Source: Thermoplasmata archaeon
GTDB taxonomy: Archaea; Thermoplasmatota; Thermoplasmata; Thermoplasmatales; Thermoplasmataceae
Assembly: GCA_021819605.1 (NCBI GenBank)
Contig: JAKAQT010000001.1
Location: 1 to 60,694 of the forward strand
Reading direction: 5' to 3'
DNA length: 60,694 nt
Part shown: positions 40,096 to 48,242 of the stretch, one piece after another
Layout of the letters: each line of letters starts with the position of its first letter
Position numbering within the stretch: the stretch's first letter is position 1
Program-made: the position numbers and the translations under genes
Notes under the pieces: generated by a model
The model's input: only the letters and a program-made list of their open reading frames with translations
What the model was told of the DNA's origin: nothing
Databases searched by the model: none

Positions 40096-40527
40096 CTAGT
40101 TCATCTTCCAGTACTCATCAGGAATATCATCATATATCTGGAAGTCCTGGTTTTTCTCAATCTTCGTGGTAACCGTCTTCATCTTTGACAGTTCAACAAT
40201 GCGGTTCACATTGAGTATCCAGTAATGTATTCTCCATTCCCTTCCGTCATACAGAGTGGTCTCCTCCCTCTCAGTCTGGAGAATTCCAATGTCCTCCATG
40301 GTATAGAAAGCATCCCTGTCCTCGGGCTCAAGCATGTTATCTATAACCCGATCGTTGTATCCAAAAAAGTTGATCAGGTGCTCAGCCGCCTCAAAGGCTT
40401 CTTCCGGGCTCATGCTCCTGTTCTGCAGGCTGAGGCCTTTGCTTATGGCCACTGACAGTTCATCAATGTTTGTGTAATTCCTGTGGTACCCAATACCGTC
40501 AATAGGGCGGTCTTCACTGTTTTCCAT
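40096..40527 (-). CDS. Hypothetical acidic protein, first gene of the ABCE1-tgtA transcription unit
   Basis: About 143 aa from ATG 40527 (MENSEDRPIDGIGYHRNY...). It ends 8 nt before the ABCE1 start. The track ORF's extra 35 N-terminal residues are AT-rich promoter-like sequence. Confidence 0.5.
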   Translation of the reverse strand: MENSEDRPIDGIGYHRNYTNIDELSVAISKGLSLQNRSMSPEEAFEAAEHLINFFGYNDRVIDNMLEPEDRDAFYTMEDIGILQTEREETTLYDGREWRIHYWILNVNRIVELSKMKTVTTKIEKNQDFQIYDDIPDEYWKMN

Positions 40528-40638
40528 GTTGGTTTCGATCCTCTTCGTCACGCAAGTAATCCTAATTGTAATTTTATTAATAAGATTATCTGGCAATAGA
40601 AAATTCAACAAAATGTCACAAAATTTTATCAAATTATG

Positions 40639-40646
40639 TTTATTTA
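40639..40646 (+). promoter_or_regulatory. Candidate TATA box (TTTATTTA) for folP
   Basis: Centred about 26 nt upstream of ATG 40668. This supports the long form of FolP as the real (leaderless-type) start. Confidence 0.4.
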
Positions 40647-40667
40647 TTCATAAAGTCAGGGGTCTAT

Positions 40668-41756
40668 ATGGCAGTAACTGTCATGTGGCTTCCCGGCCGG
40701 ATCGGGCAGGATAAATATACCCAGGTTATATCAGGTTCAATGTCCACGGGTGTGTTCGCTTTTCCAGCAAGAAACATCAATAGAGCTTTCCAGGGTGGAT
40801 ACCCTGAGAAGTTTGAACTGATAAGTGTGGAGGAAATACATGAAAGCGGGGTTGTTCCTCTTGAGCCTGTAAACATATCTGGAAGGCTATATTTCCATTA
40901 TATTTCAACGGAAATCTCCAATCTGAATTTGGATGCCAGGATGGGAGCCCTGCTTGCTGAAAGCCGGCCTGCCAGTACGGTCCATACCAGAATCATGGCT
41001 ATCATAAATACAACCCCAGATTCCTTTTACCCTGGTTCCAGGCACAGTGTTCCCGATAGGGCTGTGGACAGCATACTTGACCGGAAACCGGACATTGTTG
41101 ATATAGGGGGAGAAAGCACCCGGCCAGGCAGTGCTCCTGTAAGCACCGAGGAAGAAATTGAGAGAATTAAGCCTGTGCTGGATTACATAACCTCAACTTC
41201 GAGCATTCCTGTGTCGCTGGACACCAGGCATCCGGATGTTGCCAGTTACTTCAGGGACAGGATCAGCATGCTGAATGATATAAGCGGATTTTCGGACCAG
41301 CGGATGATCCAGATTGCTGCTGAGGGTAAAATGCAGTGTGTCGTAATGCATATGCGCGGCACTCCAACAACCATGCAGTCCATGACACATTACGGGGACC
41401 TCGTTGCGGAGACTATCAAAGAAATCCAGGAACGTGTTATCAGAATGATGGATTCCGGTGTGGAACCCAACAGGATAGTCGTGGACCCGGGAATCGGATT
41501 TGCAAAGGATACTGCCGGAAATCTTGATATATTGAGGAATATCCGGTCCTACAGGTTCGGCCTTCCATTGCTTGTGGGGGTCTCCCGTAAGGCGTTCATA
41601 GGAAATATAACCGGCCGTGATGTGCAGGAAAGGCTTTCCGGAACCATTGCACTGACTGCATATCTTGCAGGGGAAGGAGTGGATATTGTTAGGGTCCACG
41701 ATCCTGCTGAAAATTCGGATGCAGTAAAAATTATAGAGGCCCTGAAAAATCAGTGA
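40668..41756 (+). CDS. folP: Dihydropteroate synthase with an N-terminal extension of about 105 aa
   Basis: The C-terminal 255 aa is a canonical DHPS (IMAIINTTPDSFYPGS..., DIGGESTRPG, MLNDISG, VVMHM, DPGIGFAK, GVSRK, RVHD). Residues 1-105 are extra. Confidence 0.85.
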   Translation: MAVTVMWLPGRIGQDKYTQVISGSMSTGVFAFPARNINRAFQGGYPEKFELISVEEIHESGVVPLEPVNISGRLYFHYISTEISNLNLDARMGALLAESRPASTVHTRIMAIINTTPDSFYPGSRHSVPDRAVDSILDRKPDIVDIGGESTRPGSAPVSTEEEIERIKPVLDYITSTSSIPVSLDTRHPDVASYFRDRISMLNDISGFSDQRMIQIAAEGKMQCVVMHMRGTPTTMQSMTHYGDLVAETIKEIQERVIRMMDSGVEPNRIVVDPGIGFAKDTAGNLDILRNIRSYRFGLPLLVGVSRKAFIGNITGRDVQERLSGTIALTAYLAGEGVDIVRVHDPAENSDAVKIIEALKNQ

Positions 41757-42175
41757 TCATAACCGTTTCGGCGACATTCACGGCATACACCCTTCAGAAT
41801 TAAGCTTGCCTGTTCTATCAGGTTCCCATCCACGTCTATTGAGCGGAGAAGAGAGTCCTCGTCCATATCCATGTCGTAGATGTTCCCGCATACCGTGCAA
41901 AGGAAATTGGCATGGAATTTTGTGTTGGTCTCAAACCATGTTGTGCCGTTGAGTTCAAGGGATTTCAATGTGCCTGCGGACTGCAGTGCCTTGAGTATAT
42001 TGTAGACTGTTGCCAGGGTGATGGTTGGCTCCTCCTCCCTTATTGCGTTGAATATCTTTTCTGCAGTGAAATGCCCAGGGCTGTGATCCCTTACGTAATC
42101 TATGACGGTGAGCCTTTGCGGTGTTATCTTGAAATTTGATTTCCTGAGGGAATCAACATAATAGTCCCGTTCCAT
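41750..42175 (-). CDS. fur: Fur-family metal-responsive transcriptional regulator
   Basis: 141 aa. It has a wHTH (ITPQRLTVIDYVRDHSPGHFTAEKIFNAIRE...TLATVYNILKAL) and two CxxC pairs (CTVCGN, CRECRRN). Confidence 0.85.
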   Translation of the reverse strand: MERDYYVDSLRKSNFKITPQRLTVIDYVRDHSPGHFTAEKIFNAIREEEPTITLATVYNILKALQSAGTLKSLELNGTTWFETNTKFHANFLCTVCGNIYDMDMDEDSLLRSIDVDGNLIEQASLILKGVCRECRRNGYDH

Positions 42176-42189
42176 GAGGTTATATTTCT

Positions 42190-42200
42190 AATTAGTAATT
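42190..42200. promoter_or_regulatory. AT-rich palindrome AATTAgTAATT in the fur/cbiA divergent spacer (candidate Fur operator overlapping the fur TATA region)
   Basis: A perfect 5-1-5 palindrome lies 15-25 nt upstream of the fur ATG (42175). It has the AT-rich inverted-repeat character of Fur boxes. Confidence 0.3.
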
Positions 42201-42300
42201 AACATTTGTTTATAACATATATGCCTCAAGGGAAAGTGAAACATGTCTGCACCACCCTTATTTATGGTCACTTATTTTATCTGGGACTGAATAACCCGCC

Positions 42301-43572
42301 ATGAAGGTTTTCGGCATTGCTGCCCCAATGACAGGGTCAGGCAAGACAACAGTGACGCTGGCTTTTCTTTCCAGGCTTAAAAATTCCACCGGATTTAAGA
42401 TTGGCCCGGATTACATAGACGGCGGCCTTTCTTCAAGAGTCACCGGAAACAGGACATGGAACATTGACCGCTGGATACAGGGGAGAGCATATTCCAGCGT
42501 CCTGGCTGGAGCTGCTTCAAAATATGACTACGGCATTGTTGAGGGAGTCATGGGGCTTTATGATTCAGGGTCGCCGATAAACCTGAGCACATATTATTAC
42601 TTCAGGAAGTTCTCGATTCCTTATGTCCTTGTCATCGACGTATCGAAGCTCGCTGAATCAGCCTATTACATTGCAAAATCCTTCATAACCCGTCTAACCC
42701 TTGGTGTAGTTATCAACAGGTATGCATCCCATAAGCACCTTGAGATGGTGTCAAAGCCCTTCACAGAACACGGCATACCCATAATAGGCGCAATACCACG
42801 GGAAGATCGCTTCACCGTCCCGGAAAGGCACCTGGGACTGCATACCGGGCAGGAGATGGATGATATCGGGGAGAAAGCTTCCCTGGTATCAAATTATCTG
42901 GACATGGGATTCATAGATGATCTGCCTGAGAGAGAATTCCAGCAGCCCAGTCCTGCAACGATTTCAGGTGGAGGAAAAAATATCTGGATAGCCCTTGACA
43001 GGGCATTCAACTTCTATTATGCAGATTCTATATGGGCGCTGGAAAGGATTGGCAAGGTGAACTACTTTTCTCCTGTATCCGGGGAACGTCCCGAAAATCC
43101 AGATATGGTTTACTTTGGCGGCGGCTATCCAGAGCTTTATGCCCCGGAGCTTTCTGCCAACCATGCGCTGAGTGGCATGATCAGGGATTATTCTGAATCC
43201 GGAGGTAACATAATTGCAGAATGTGGGGGGCTCATGTATCTTGAGAGGGAGATGGAGACAGAATCCGGTGTTTATCCCATGGGAGGCGTGTTCAATGGGA
43301 CTGTGAGGAAGAATGAAAGGCTCACCCTGAGCTATACGCAGCTTAAGGCTGTCCAGGATTCCCTGCTGTTCAGGAAGGGAGAAATCGTACGGGGGCATGA
43401 ATTTCACTACAGCAGCATAGCTGACCAGGGAGAGAAGACTCTGGTTAACATCATAGGAAAAGGCATAGACGGAATGGACGGGCTGAAGATAAAGAACACG
43501 CTGGGGTCATATTCCCATTTCTCCCTGAACAGGTATTCCAAACGGCTTGAAAGGAAGATAAACGGACACTAG
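42301..43572 (+). CDS. cbiA: Cobyrinate (or related tetrapyrrole) a,c-diamide synthase, CbiA/CobB family
   Basis: 423 aa with an N-terminal P-loop (APMTGSGKTTVT) and a C-terminal glutamine amidotransferase domain containing AECGGLMYL. Confidence 0.85.
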   Translation: MKVFGIAAPMTGSGKTTVTLAFLSRLKNSTGFKIGPDYIDGGLSSRVTGNRTWNIDRWIQGRAYSSVLAGAASKYDYGIVEGVMGLYDSGSPINLSTYYYFRKFSIPYVLVIDVSKLAESAYYIAKSFITRLTLGVVINRYASHKHLEMVSKPFTEHGIPIIGAIPREDRFTVPERHLGLHTGQEMDDIGEKASLVSNYLDMGFIDDLPEREFQQPSPATISGGGKNIWIALDRAFNFYYADSIWALERIGKVNYFSPVSGERPENPDMVYFGGGYPELYAPELSANHALSGMIRDYSESGGNIIAECGGLMYLEREMETESGVYPMGGVFNGTVRKNERLTLSYTQLKAVQDSLLFRKGEIVRGHEFHYSSIADQGEKTLVNIIGKGIDGMDGLKIKNTLGSYSHFSLNRYSKRLERKINGH

Positions 43573-43922
43573 GGATCGATGTTATTGCGGTATGTTATCA
43601 TAACGGCAACCCTTCTGCGTGAATCAGATAGGATCTGCTCTATGGGCATCTTCAGGCGATATATGCGCCTGCTCCTCCCCTTTCCCATGACATATTTCAC
43701 GTCCATCGCCATTATGTAGCCTGTTCTCAACAGTGCCTTCAGGCTTTCCGAAGCCCTGGACGAACTCATCCCAAGATAAAGGGTAAGTTCAGGGAGGCCC
43801 ACGTCACTCACCTGCTCCAACATAGCAAGTATCTTGGACTGATTCTTTGTAAATCCGCCATCCCTAAGCATGGCGAAAACTGTATCGGCACGTTTGGAAT
43901 CCAACTGAATAAATATTAACAT
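43569..43922 (-). CDS. Small winged-helix transcriptional regulator (TrmB/MarR-like)
   Basis: 117 aa. The segment GFTKNQSKILAMLEQVSDVGLPELTLYLGMSSSRASESLKALLRTGYI...GRSRRIYRL reads as HTH plus wing. An internal ATG at 43871 is an alternative start. Confidence 0.6.
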   Translation of the reverse strand: MLIFIQLDSKRADTVFAMLRDGGFTKNQSKILAMLEQVSDVGLPELTLYLGMSSSRASESLKALLRTGYIMAMDVKYVMGKGRSRRIYRLKMPIEQILSDSRRRVAVMITYRNNIDP

Positions 43923-43981
43923 GAAAATATTTAAATGTATTGTTCTGAGACCATGGGAATGAAATCGGATATATATCCTGA

Positions 43982-45277
43982 GTGAATGCCTTGACGATGA
44001 AGTTTGAAAGCCTGAGGGGTTTCAGGGACATTTATCCTGAAGATGCAGAGCCAAGGGAGAACATGTTCAGCACGGCCAAGAGGGTTGCGCATTCCTTTGG
44101 GTTCCAGATAATAGACTTTCCCAGCCTTGAACCGCTTGATCTCTACAGAATAAAATCAGGAGATGAGCTTGTGAGCCAGACATTCTCCTTTGTGGACAAG
44201 GGCGGCAGGGAAGTTACAATGGTCCCTGAAGCAACACCTTCGGTTGTGAGGATGCTTACTTCCAAGAAGGATCTTCAGAAGCCAGTAAGGTGGTTCAGCC
44301 TTCCCAAGATATGGAGGTATGAGGAGCCACAGTCGGGCCGGCTAAGGGAACACGTTCAGTTCAATGCTGACCTTTTTGGTCCGGACACACCTGATGCCGA
44401 CGCGGAGATTATAGGCCTGGCTGCATCAATACTGGATTCACTGGGGCTTTCCGGAAACTATGAGATCAGGATGAACCACAGAGGAATGATGGAGAAGATA
44501 CTTAAGTCCATGCAGATTGAGGACGCTGCCCGCGCGTTCTCTGTTATCGACAGATTCCGGAAGCTTGCGGAAAATGAATTTATTGAGGCGCTTGGTGCCA
44601 TTGATATCTCCGGGAAACCCGCGGAAATGATCCTGAAACTTGCAGGCACAAGGGTGGAATCCGTATACCTGAAGCAGGCAGTTTCGGAGATAGTCCCTCT
44701 CACACAGGATCTTTCAGATATTCTGGACAGGATCGCAAAGACAATGGAGATGGTATCACTCTTCACGGATTCACGCGTTGTGGTCGATTTTTCAATCGTA
44801 AGAGGGCTTTCTTACTATACGGGTATTGTGTTTGAGGCCTTTGACGTCATGGGCGAGCTCAGGTCAATTCTTGGAGGAGGCAGATACAACAGCCTTTCAA
44901 CGCTGCTTTCCGGGCAGGAGATTCCCGCTGTTGGTTTTGGCATGGGCGACGTGGTTCTGGAGCTTCTGTTGCGGAGAAACGGCTTGTGGAACAGGCCAAC
45001 TGCAACTGACGGGTATTACGTATGCATGGCTTCCGACGGAGTTGAGATGTATTCTATGAGAGTGGCAGCTGAAGTTAGGAAGCGCGGCAAAACTGCAGTG
45101 CGCGATTCCGGTGGCAGAAAATTATCCTCGCAGTTGAGAGCGGCATCTGCGGCGGGACTGACAAAATCCGTAATAATAGGGACAAGAGAGGCGGAGACAG
45201 AATCAGTGACCATTAAGGATATGGCTTCTGGAAAGCAGTCAACCATATCATACTCTGAATTTCTGGATTCTCTTTGA
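43982..45277 (+). CDS. hisS: Histidine--tRNA ligase
   Basis: It has class II aaRS motifs (MKFESLRGFRDIYPED, WRYEEPQSGRLREH, RGLSYYTG) and a C-terminal anticodon-binding domain. The start is GTG 43982 or ATG 43997. Confidence 0.92.
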   Translation: MNALTMKFESLRGFRDIYPEDAEPRENMFSTAKRVAHSFGFQIIDFPSLEPLDLYRIKSGDELVSQTFSFVDKGGREVTMVPEATPSVVRMLTSKKDLQKPVRWFSLPKIWRYEEPQSGRLREHVQFNADLFGPDTPDADAEIIGLAASILDSLGLSGNYEIRMNHRGMMEKILKSMQIEDAARAFSVIDRFRKLAENEFIEALGAIDISGKPAEMILKLAGTRVESVYLKQAVSEIVPLTQDLSDILDRIAKTMEMVSLFTDSRVVVDFSIVRGLSYYTGIVFEAFDVMGELRSILGGGRYNSLSTLLSGQEIPAVGFGMGDVVLELLLRRNGLWNRPTATDGYYVCMASDGVEMYSMRVAAEVRKRGKTAVRDSGGRKLSSQLRAASAAGLTKSVIIGTREAETESVTIKDMASGKQSTISYSEFLDSL

Positions 45278-45471
45278 GACCATATCTGCTTAGGTCTGCT
45301 GCATTTATTGATTTTTCGCGAATCTTTACCTAAATATGGCTTGTACCTGCCGATATGTCCCATATTTACCGCGAATCTGTGAATTTTTAATGTCAGTGAT
45401 TAACAGAGTAAGCAGGTTCCGCTTGAAAAAATTTATATTGGCTGGGAAGTTTATAGTACGAGGGTGAGATT

Positions 45472-45705
45472 GTGTCCTTAGCATTTATTCTGATAAGCAC
45501 GGTTCCCGGAAAGGAGCATGAAGTATACAACAAGATATCCAAGATACAGTATGTGGTGGAAATACATCCACTGTTTGGAGAATACGATCTTATCGTTAAG
45601 ATAGATGCAAAGGATTACAGTGAGCTTGGAAAAATCGTGATCGAACAGATCAGGACAATCGACGGTGTTATAGATACCAAGACCCTTACTGGCATAAAGC
45701 TATGA
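45472..45705 (+). CDS. Stand-alone Lrp/AsnC ligand-binding (RAM) domain protein
   Basis: 77 aa. AFILISTVPGKEHEVYNKISKIQYVVEIHPLFGEYDLIVKIDAKDYSELGKIV...IDGVIDTKTLTG has the beta-alpha-beta-beta-alpha-beta RAM pattern with no HTH. The start is GTG. Confidence 0.7.
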   Translation: MSLAFILISTVPGKEHEVYNKISKIQYVVEIHPLFGEYDLIVKIDAKDYSELGKIVIEQIRTIDGVIDTKTLTGIKL

Positions 45706-45706
45706 G

Positions 45707-46030
45707 GTGCATATCTTAATGATAGTTTTCGACACATGGAACTGGGAAGTATTTTTGTTTGTAATTCTGGGACTCCTTGCATTATCGCTGTTTGTGCTGG
45801 GAGTTCTGACTGCGTACTTTGGCAGCGGAAAAAGCAGAACAGTCGGCTCGCTACTTCTGGTTGCAGGTATCGTGATAGGAATAATCATGGTTTACTTCGG
45901 ACATTACAGAATGCCTGATATTCACCTGCTGCAGAATGTGATCATTGGCGCCATATTCTATATTGTGGCTGCCATAATCGGGGTCGTAATAGGTCTCCTG
46001 GTCTTCCTGGGCGCCATAATGAAGACTTGA
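45707..46030 (+). CDS. Small membrane protein (3 TM), hypothetical
   Basis: 107 aa with three clear hydrophobic helices. It begins 1 nt after the RAM-gene stop codon (GTG 45707; ATG 45719 is an alternative). Confidence 0.5.
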   Translation: MHILMIVFDTWNWEVFLFVILGLLALSLFVLGVLTAYFGSGKSRTVGSLLLVAGIVIGIIMVYFGHYRMPDIHLLQNVIIGAIFYIVAAIIGVVIGLLVFLGAIMKT

Positions 46031-46145
46031 GTCTTCAATTAACATTAACGTTATTTAATACTGGATTTTCCAGTTGATTCGGATATTTTTCCGGTTGAGC
46101 GGGGTGTCATCCCCAACGTTTTCATATTATAATTGATTCCGCTCT

Positions 46146-46529
46146 GTGAAAGATTCCTATTATTCTTTGATTCTGGCTGCGGCAGACCTCGTAATTCTTG
46201 CAGGCGCTGCAATACTGAGATTTTCCGGCCTTGTGCCACTGTATCTTTCCTATCTCACAATTGTTGCTGCAGTCATAATTTTTGTCGATGCCTATTATGT
46301 TTACAGAGGAAGCCATGCCGCAAAGGCAATAGGGATTCCGCTGGGCATAATTGCCATGATTGTATCTTCCAATCCGGCTCATTTCTTGGCGCTCGCAAGA
46401 TTCGGCTCATCTCCGGCCCTTTCTGGTGCTGACATTACCATGGTCCTGGGCTTCTACCTGCTTCCCGTTGTGTATATTATTTCGTATGTCGTGGAAGCTG
46501 TTTCCAGCAGGGAAGGGTTTAGGCAATAG
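46146..46529 (+). CDS. Small membrane protein (about 4 TM), hypothetical
   Basis: 127 aa, hydrophobic throughout, with a GTG start. Confidence 0.45.
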   Translation: MKDSYYSLILAAADLVILAGAAILRFSGLVPLYLSYLTIVAAVIIFVDAYYVYRGSHAAKAIGIPLGIIAMIVSSNPAHFLALARFGSSPALSGADITMVLGFYLLPVVYIISYVVEAVSSREGFRQ

Positions 46530-46625
46530 ATCATCTATTCAAAATACTTGACGAAGCAGTTGAGGAAATATTCAGGGAAAAATTTTTAGGCAAAGTATAT
46601 AGGAATCCATTATCATAACCATCTA

Positions 46626-46943
46626 TTGAAGTCACGAAATATCTGCAGTGAATGCAATGGAACCGGGTATACACATAACGGCCACATGCAGATATGCAAC
46701 GCGTGCTATGGGCTGGGCAAACCGTATAAGCAGGATAATTTCCCGATTCAAAGGCGAAGAGAGGCAAACATTGTTATACTTATCATGGGGTTTATGCTTG
46801 CTGCCCTGATACTTTCAACCGGACAACTGAAAATGAAGTGGGTGCTTATTATTGCGGGAGTCTATATGTGGATCATGATGGGAAGCGTTGCCTCATTTTT
46901 CGTCTCAATTCCGACGCGTATCAAACATAAAATAGTACAGTGA
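46626..46943 (+). CDS. Membrane-anchored DnaJ-CR-type zinc-finger protein
   Basis: 105 aa. It has two CxxCxGxG repeats (CSECNGTG, CNACYGLG) followed by two TM helices. The TTG start is needed to keep the first CxxC. Confidence 0.5.
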   Translation: MKSRNICSECNGTGYTHNGHMQICNACYGLGKPYKQDNFPIQRRREANIVILIMGFMLAALILSTGQLKMKWVLIIAGVYMWIMMGSVASFFVSIPTRIKHKIVQ

Positions 46944-47048
46944 CAGTGCGTTTATATTATATAATTTTCCAATAAAAAACTGAATTTAAATATATTCTAT
47001 GAATCTGGAGTATAGGTCCCCGGAGACCAAAGACACTCCGAGATATTC

Positions 47049-48242
47049 GTGTTGAATATGACGTCATTTGGTGCCATTATATGGAATTACAGGCTTGATC
47101 CAGCATCATTCAAAGAAATGGTGTCACTTACTCCGGAAAAGATAGATCATCTGGCTGCCAGCGTATCGCAGCACCATGTGGTACTTTCAACCTGCAACAG
47201 GGTTGAAATCTATTTCACAACTTCTGACGATTCGCCCCATGTGGACATGGCAGGCGGAATTTACCTTTCAGGCCTGGATGCAGTTTCACATCTTTTCAGG
47301 GTGGCATCCGGGCTGGAATCCATGTCGCTGGGAGAGCACGAAATACTGGCCCAGATCAAGAGTTCCTATGAGAAATACAGTAAAATGAACAGGACGGACA
47401 AGCTTATCTCCCTCATTTTCCGGAAGGCAATAAGCACGGGGAAAATGGCAAGGGAAAATACCAACATCTCAAGGGGAAAAACTTCCATACCTGTGATCGC
47501 ACTTGATCTGGCTGCAGGAATCAAGTCCATACCGGAATCATGCGTTCTGGTCATAGGAATGGGGCAGATGGCAGAGACATTCATAAGGTACCTTGTGAAG
47601 ACACCTCCACGAAAACTCACAATTGCCGGACGCAACAGCAATCTGGGAGAGGAACTTGCCAGACGGTATGACGGGGTATATGTAGGCACAGACAGGTTGC
47701 CGGAGGCTGTTAACCAGAGCGACATAATCATTGCAGCAACGTCTTCAAAATCAATACTGATAAATCCTGGAGACATTTCGAAGTCAGGGCTGCAGGTTTT
47801 CATTGACATATCAAATCCCGTAAATATAGACCAGGGAGTAAGATATATTCCTGAGAAGGTTGTCATTGACCTGAATACAGTGGAGGGGATAGCTTCCCGG
47901 AACAGGGAATCGAAAATGTCAGAGATACCAAAGGTCGAGACCATAATCGACGAATCATTGGCAACGTTCTCGAAAAAACTCATGGAGTTCCAGGCTGAGG
48001 AATTTATCACAAGATCTTATTCCTATGCAGAGGAAATAGCCAGAAGCGAAGTGGATCGGCTCTTGGAGGAGATCAGTAAGGGCAGGAATCCAGATGACGT
48101 GAGGCTGAAGATGGTAAACTCCCTTGTTAAAAAACTGCTGGGGCAGTACGCCACATCACTTCGTGATGCCGCCCTGAGCCATGATTCAGAAAAAATGAAG
48201 ATCATCAGCTCAGCATTCCTGAATGACGGAACGAATTCATGA
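47049..48242 (+). CDS. hemA: Glutamyl-tRNA reductase
   Basis: It carries the active-site LSTCNRVEIY, GLESMSLGEHEILAQIK and an NADPH-binding domain (VIGMGQMAE). The start is GTG 47049 or ATG 47058. Confidence 0.9.
   Translation: MLNMTSFGAIIWNYRLDPASFKEMVSLTPEKIDHLAASVSQHHVVLSTCNRVEIYFTTSDDSPHVDMAGGIYLSGLDAVSHLFRVASGLESMSLGEHEILAQIKSSYEKYSKMNRTDKLISLIFRKAISTGKMARENTNISRGKTSIPVIALDLAAGIKSIPESCVLVIGMGQMAETFIRYLVKTPPRKLTIAGRNSNLGEELARRYDGVYVGTDRLPEAVNQSDIIIAATSSKSILINPGDISKSGLQVFIDISNPVNIDQGVRYIPEKVVIDLNTVEGIASRNRESKMSEIPKVETIIDESLATFSKKLMEFQAEEFITRSYSYAEEIARSEVDRLLEEISKGRNPDDVRLKMVNSLVKKLLGQYATSLRDAALSHDSEKMKIISSAFLNDGTNS

Noticed and set aside
47366-48010. 214-aa minus-strand ORF antisense to hemA; similar long antisense ORFs occur at 6121-6615, 13101-13493, 19032-19454, 36539-36988, 41193-41699 and 48796-49260
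   Set aside because: Each lies wholly inside a CDS with unmistakable family motifs on the other strand, and none has recognisable motifs of its own.
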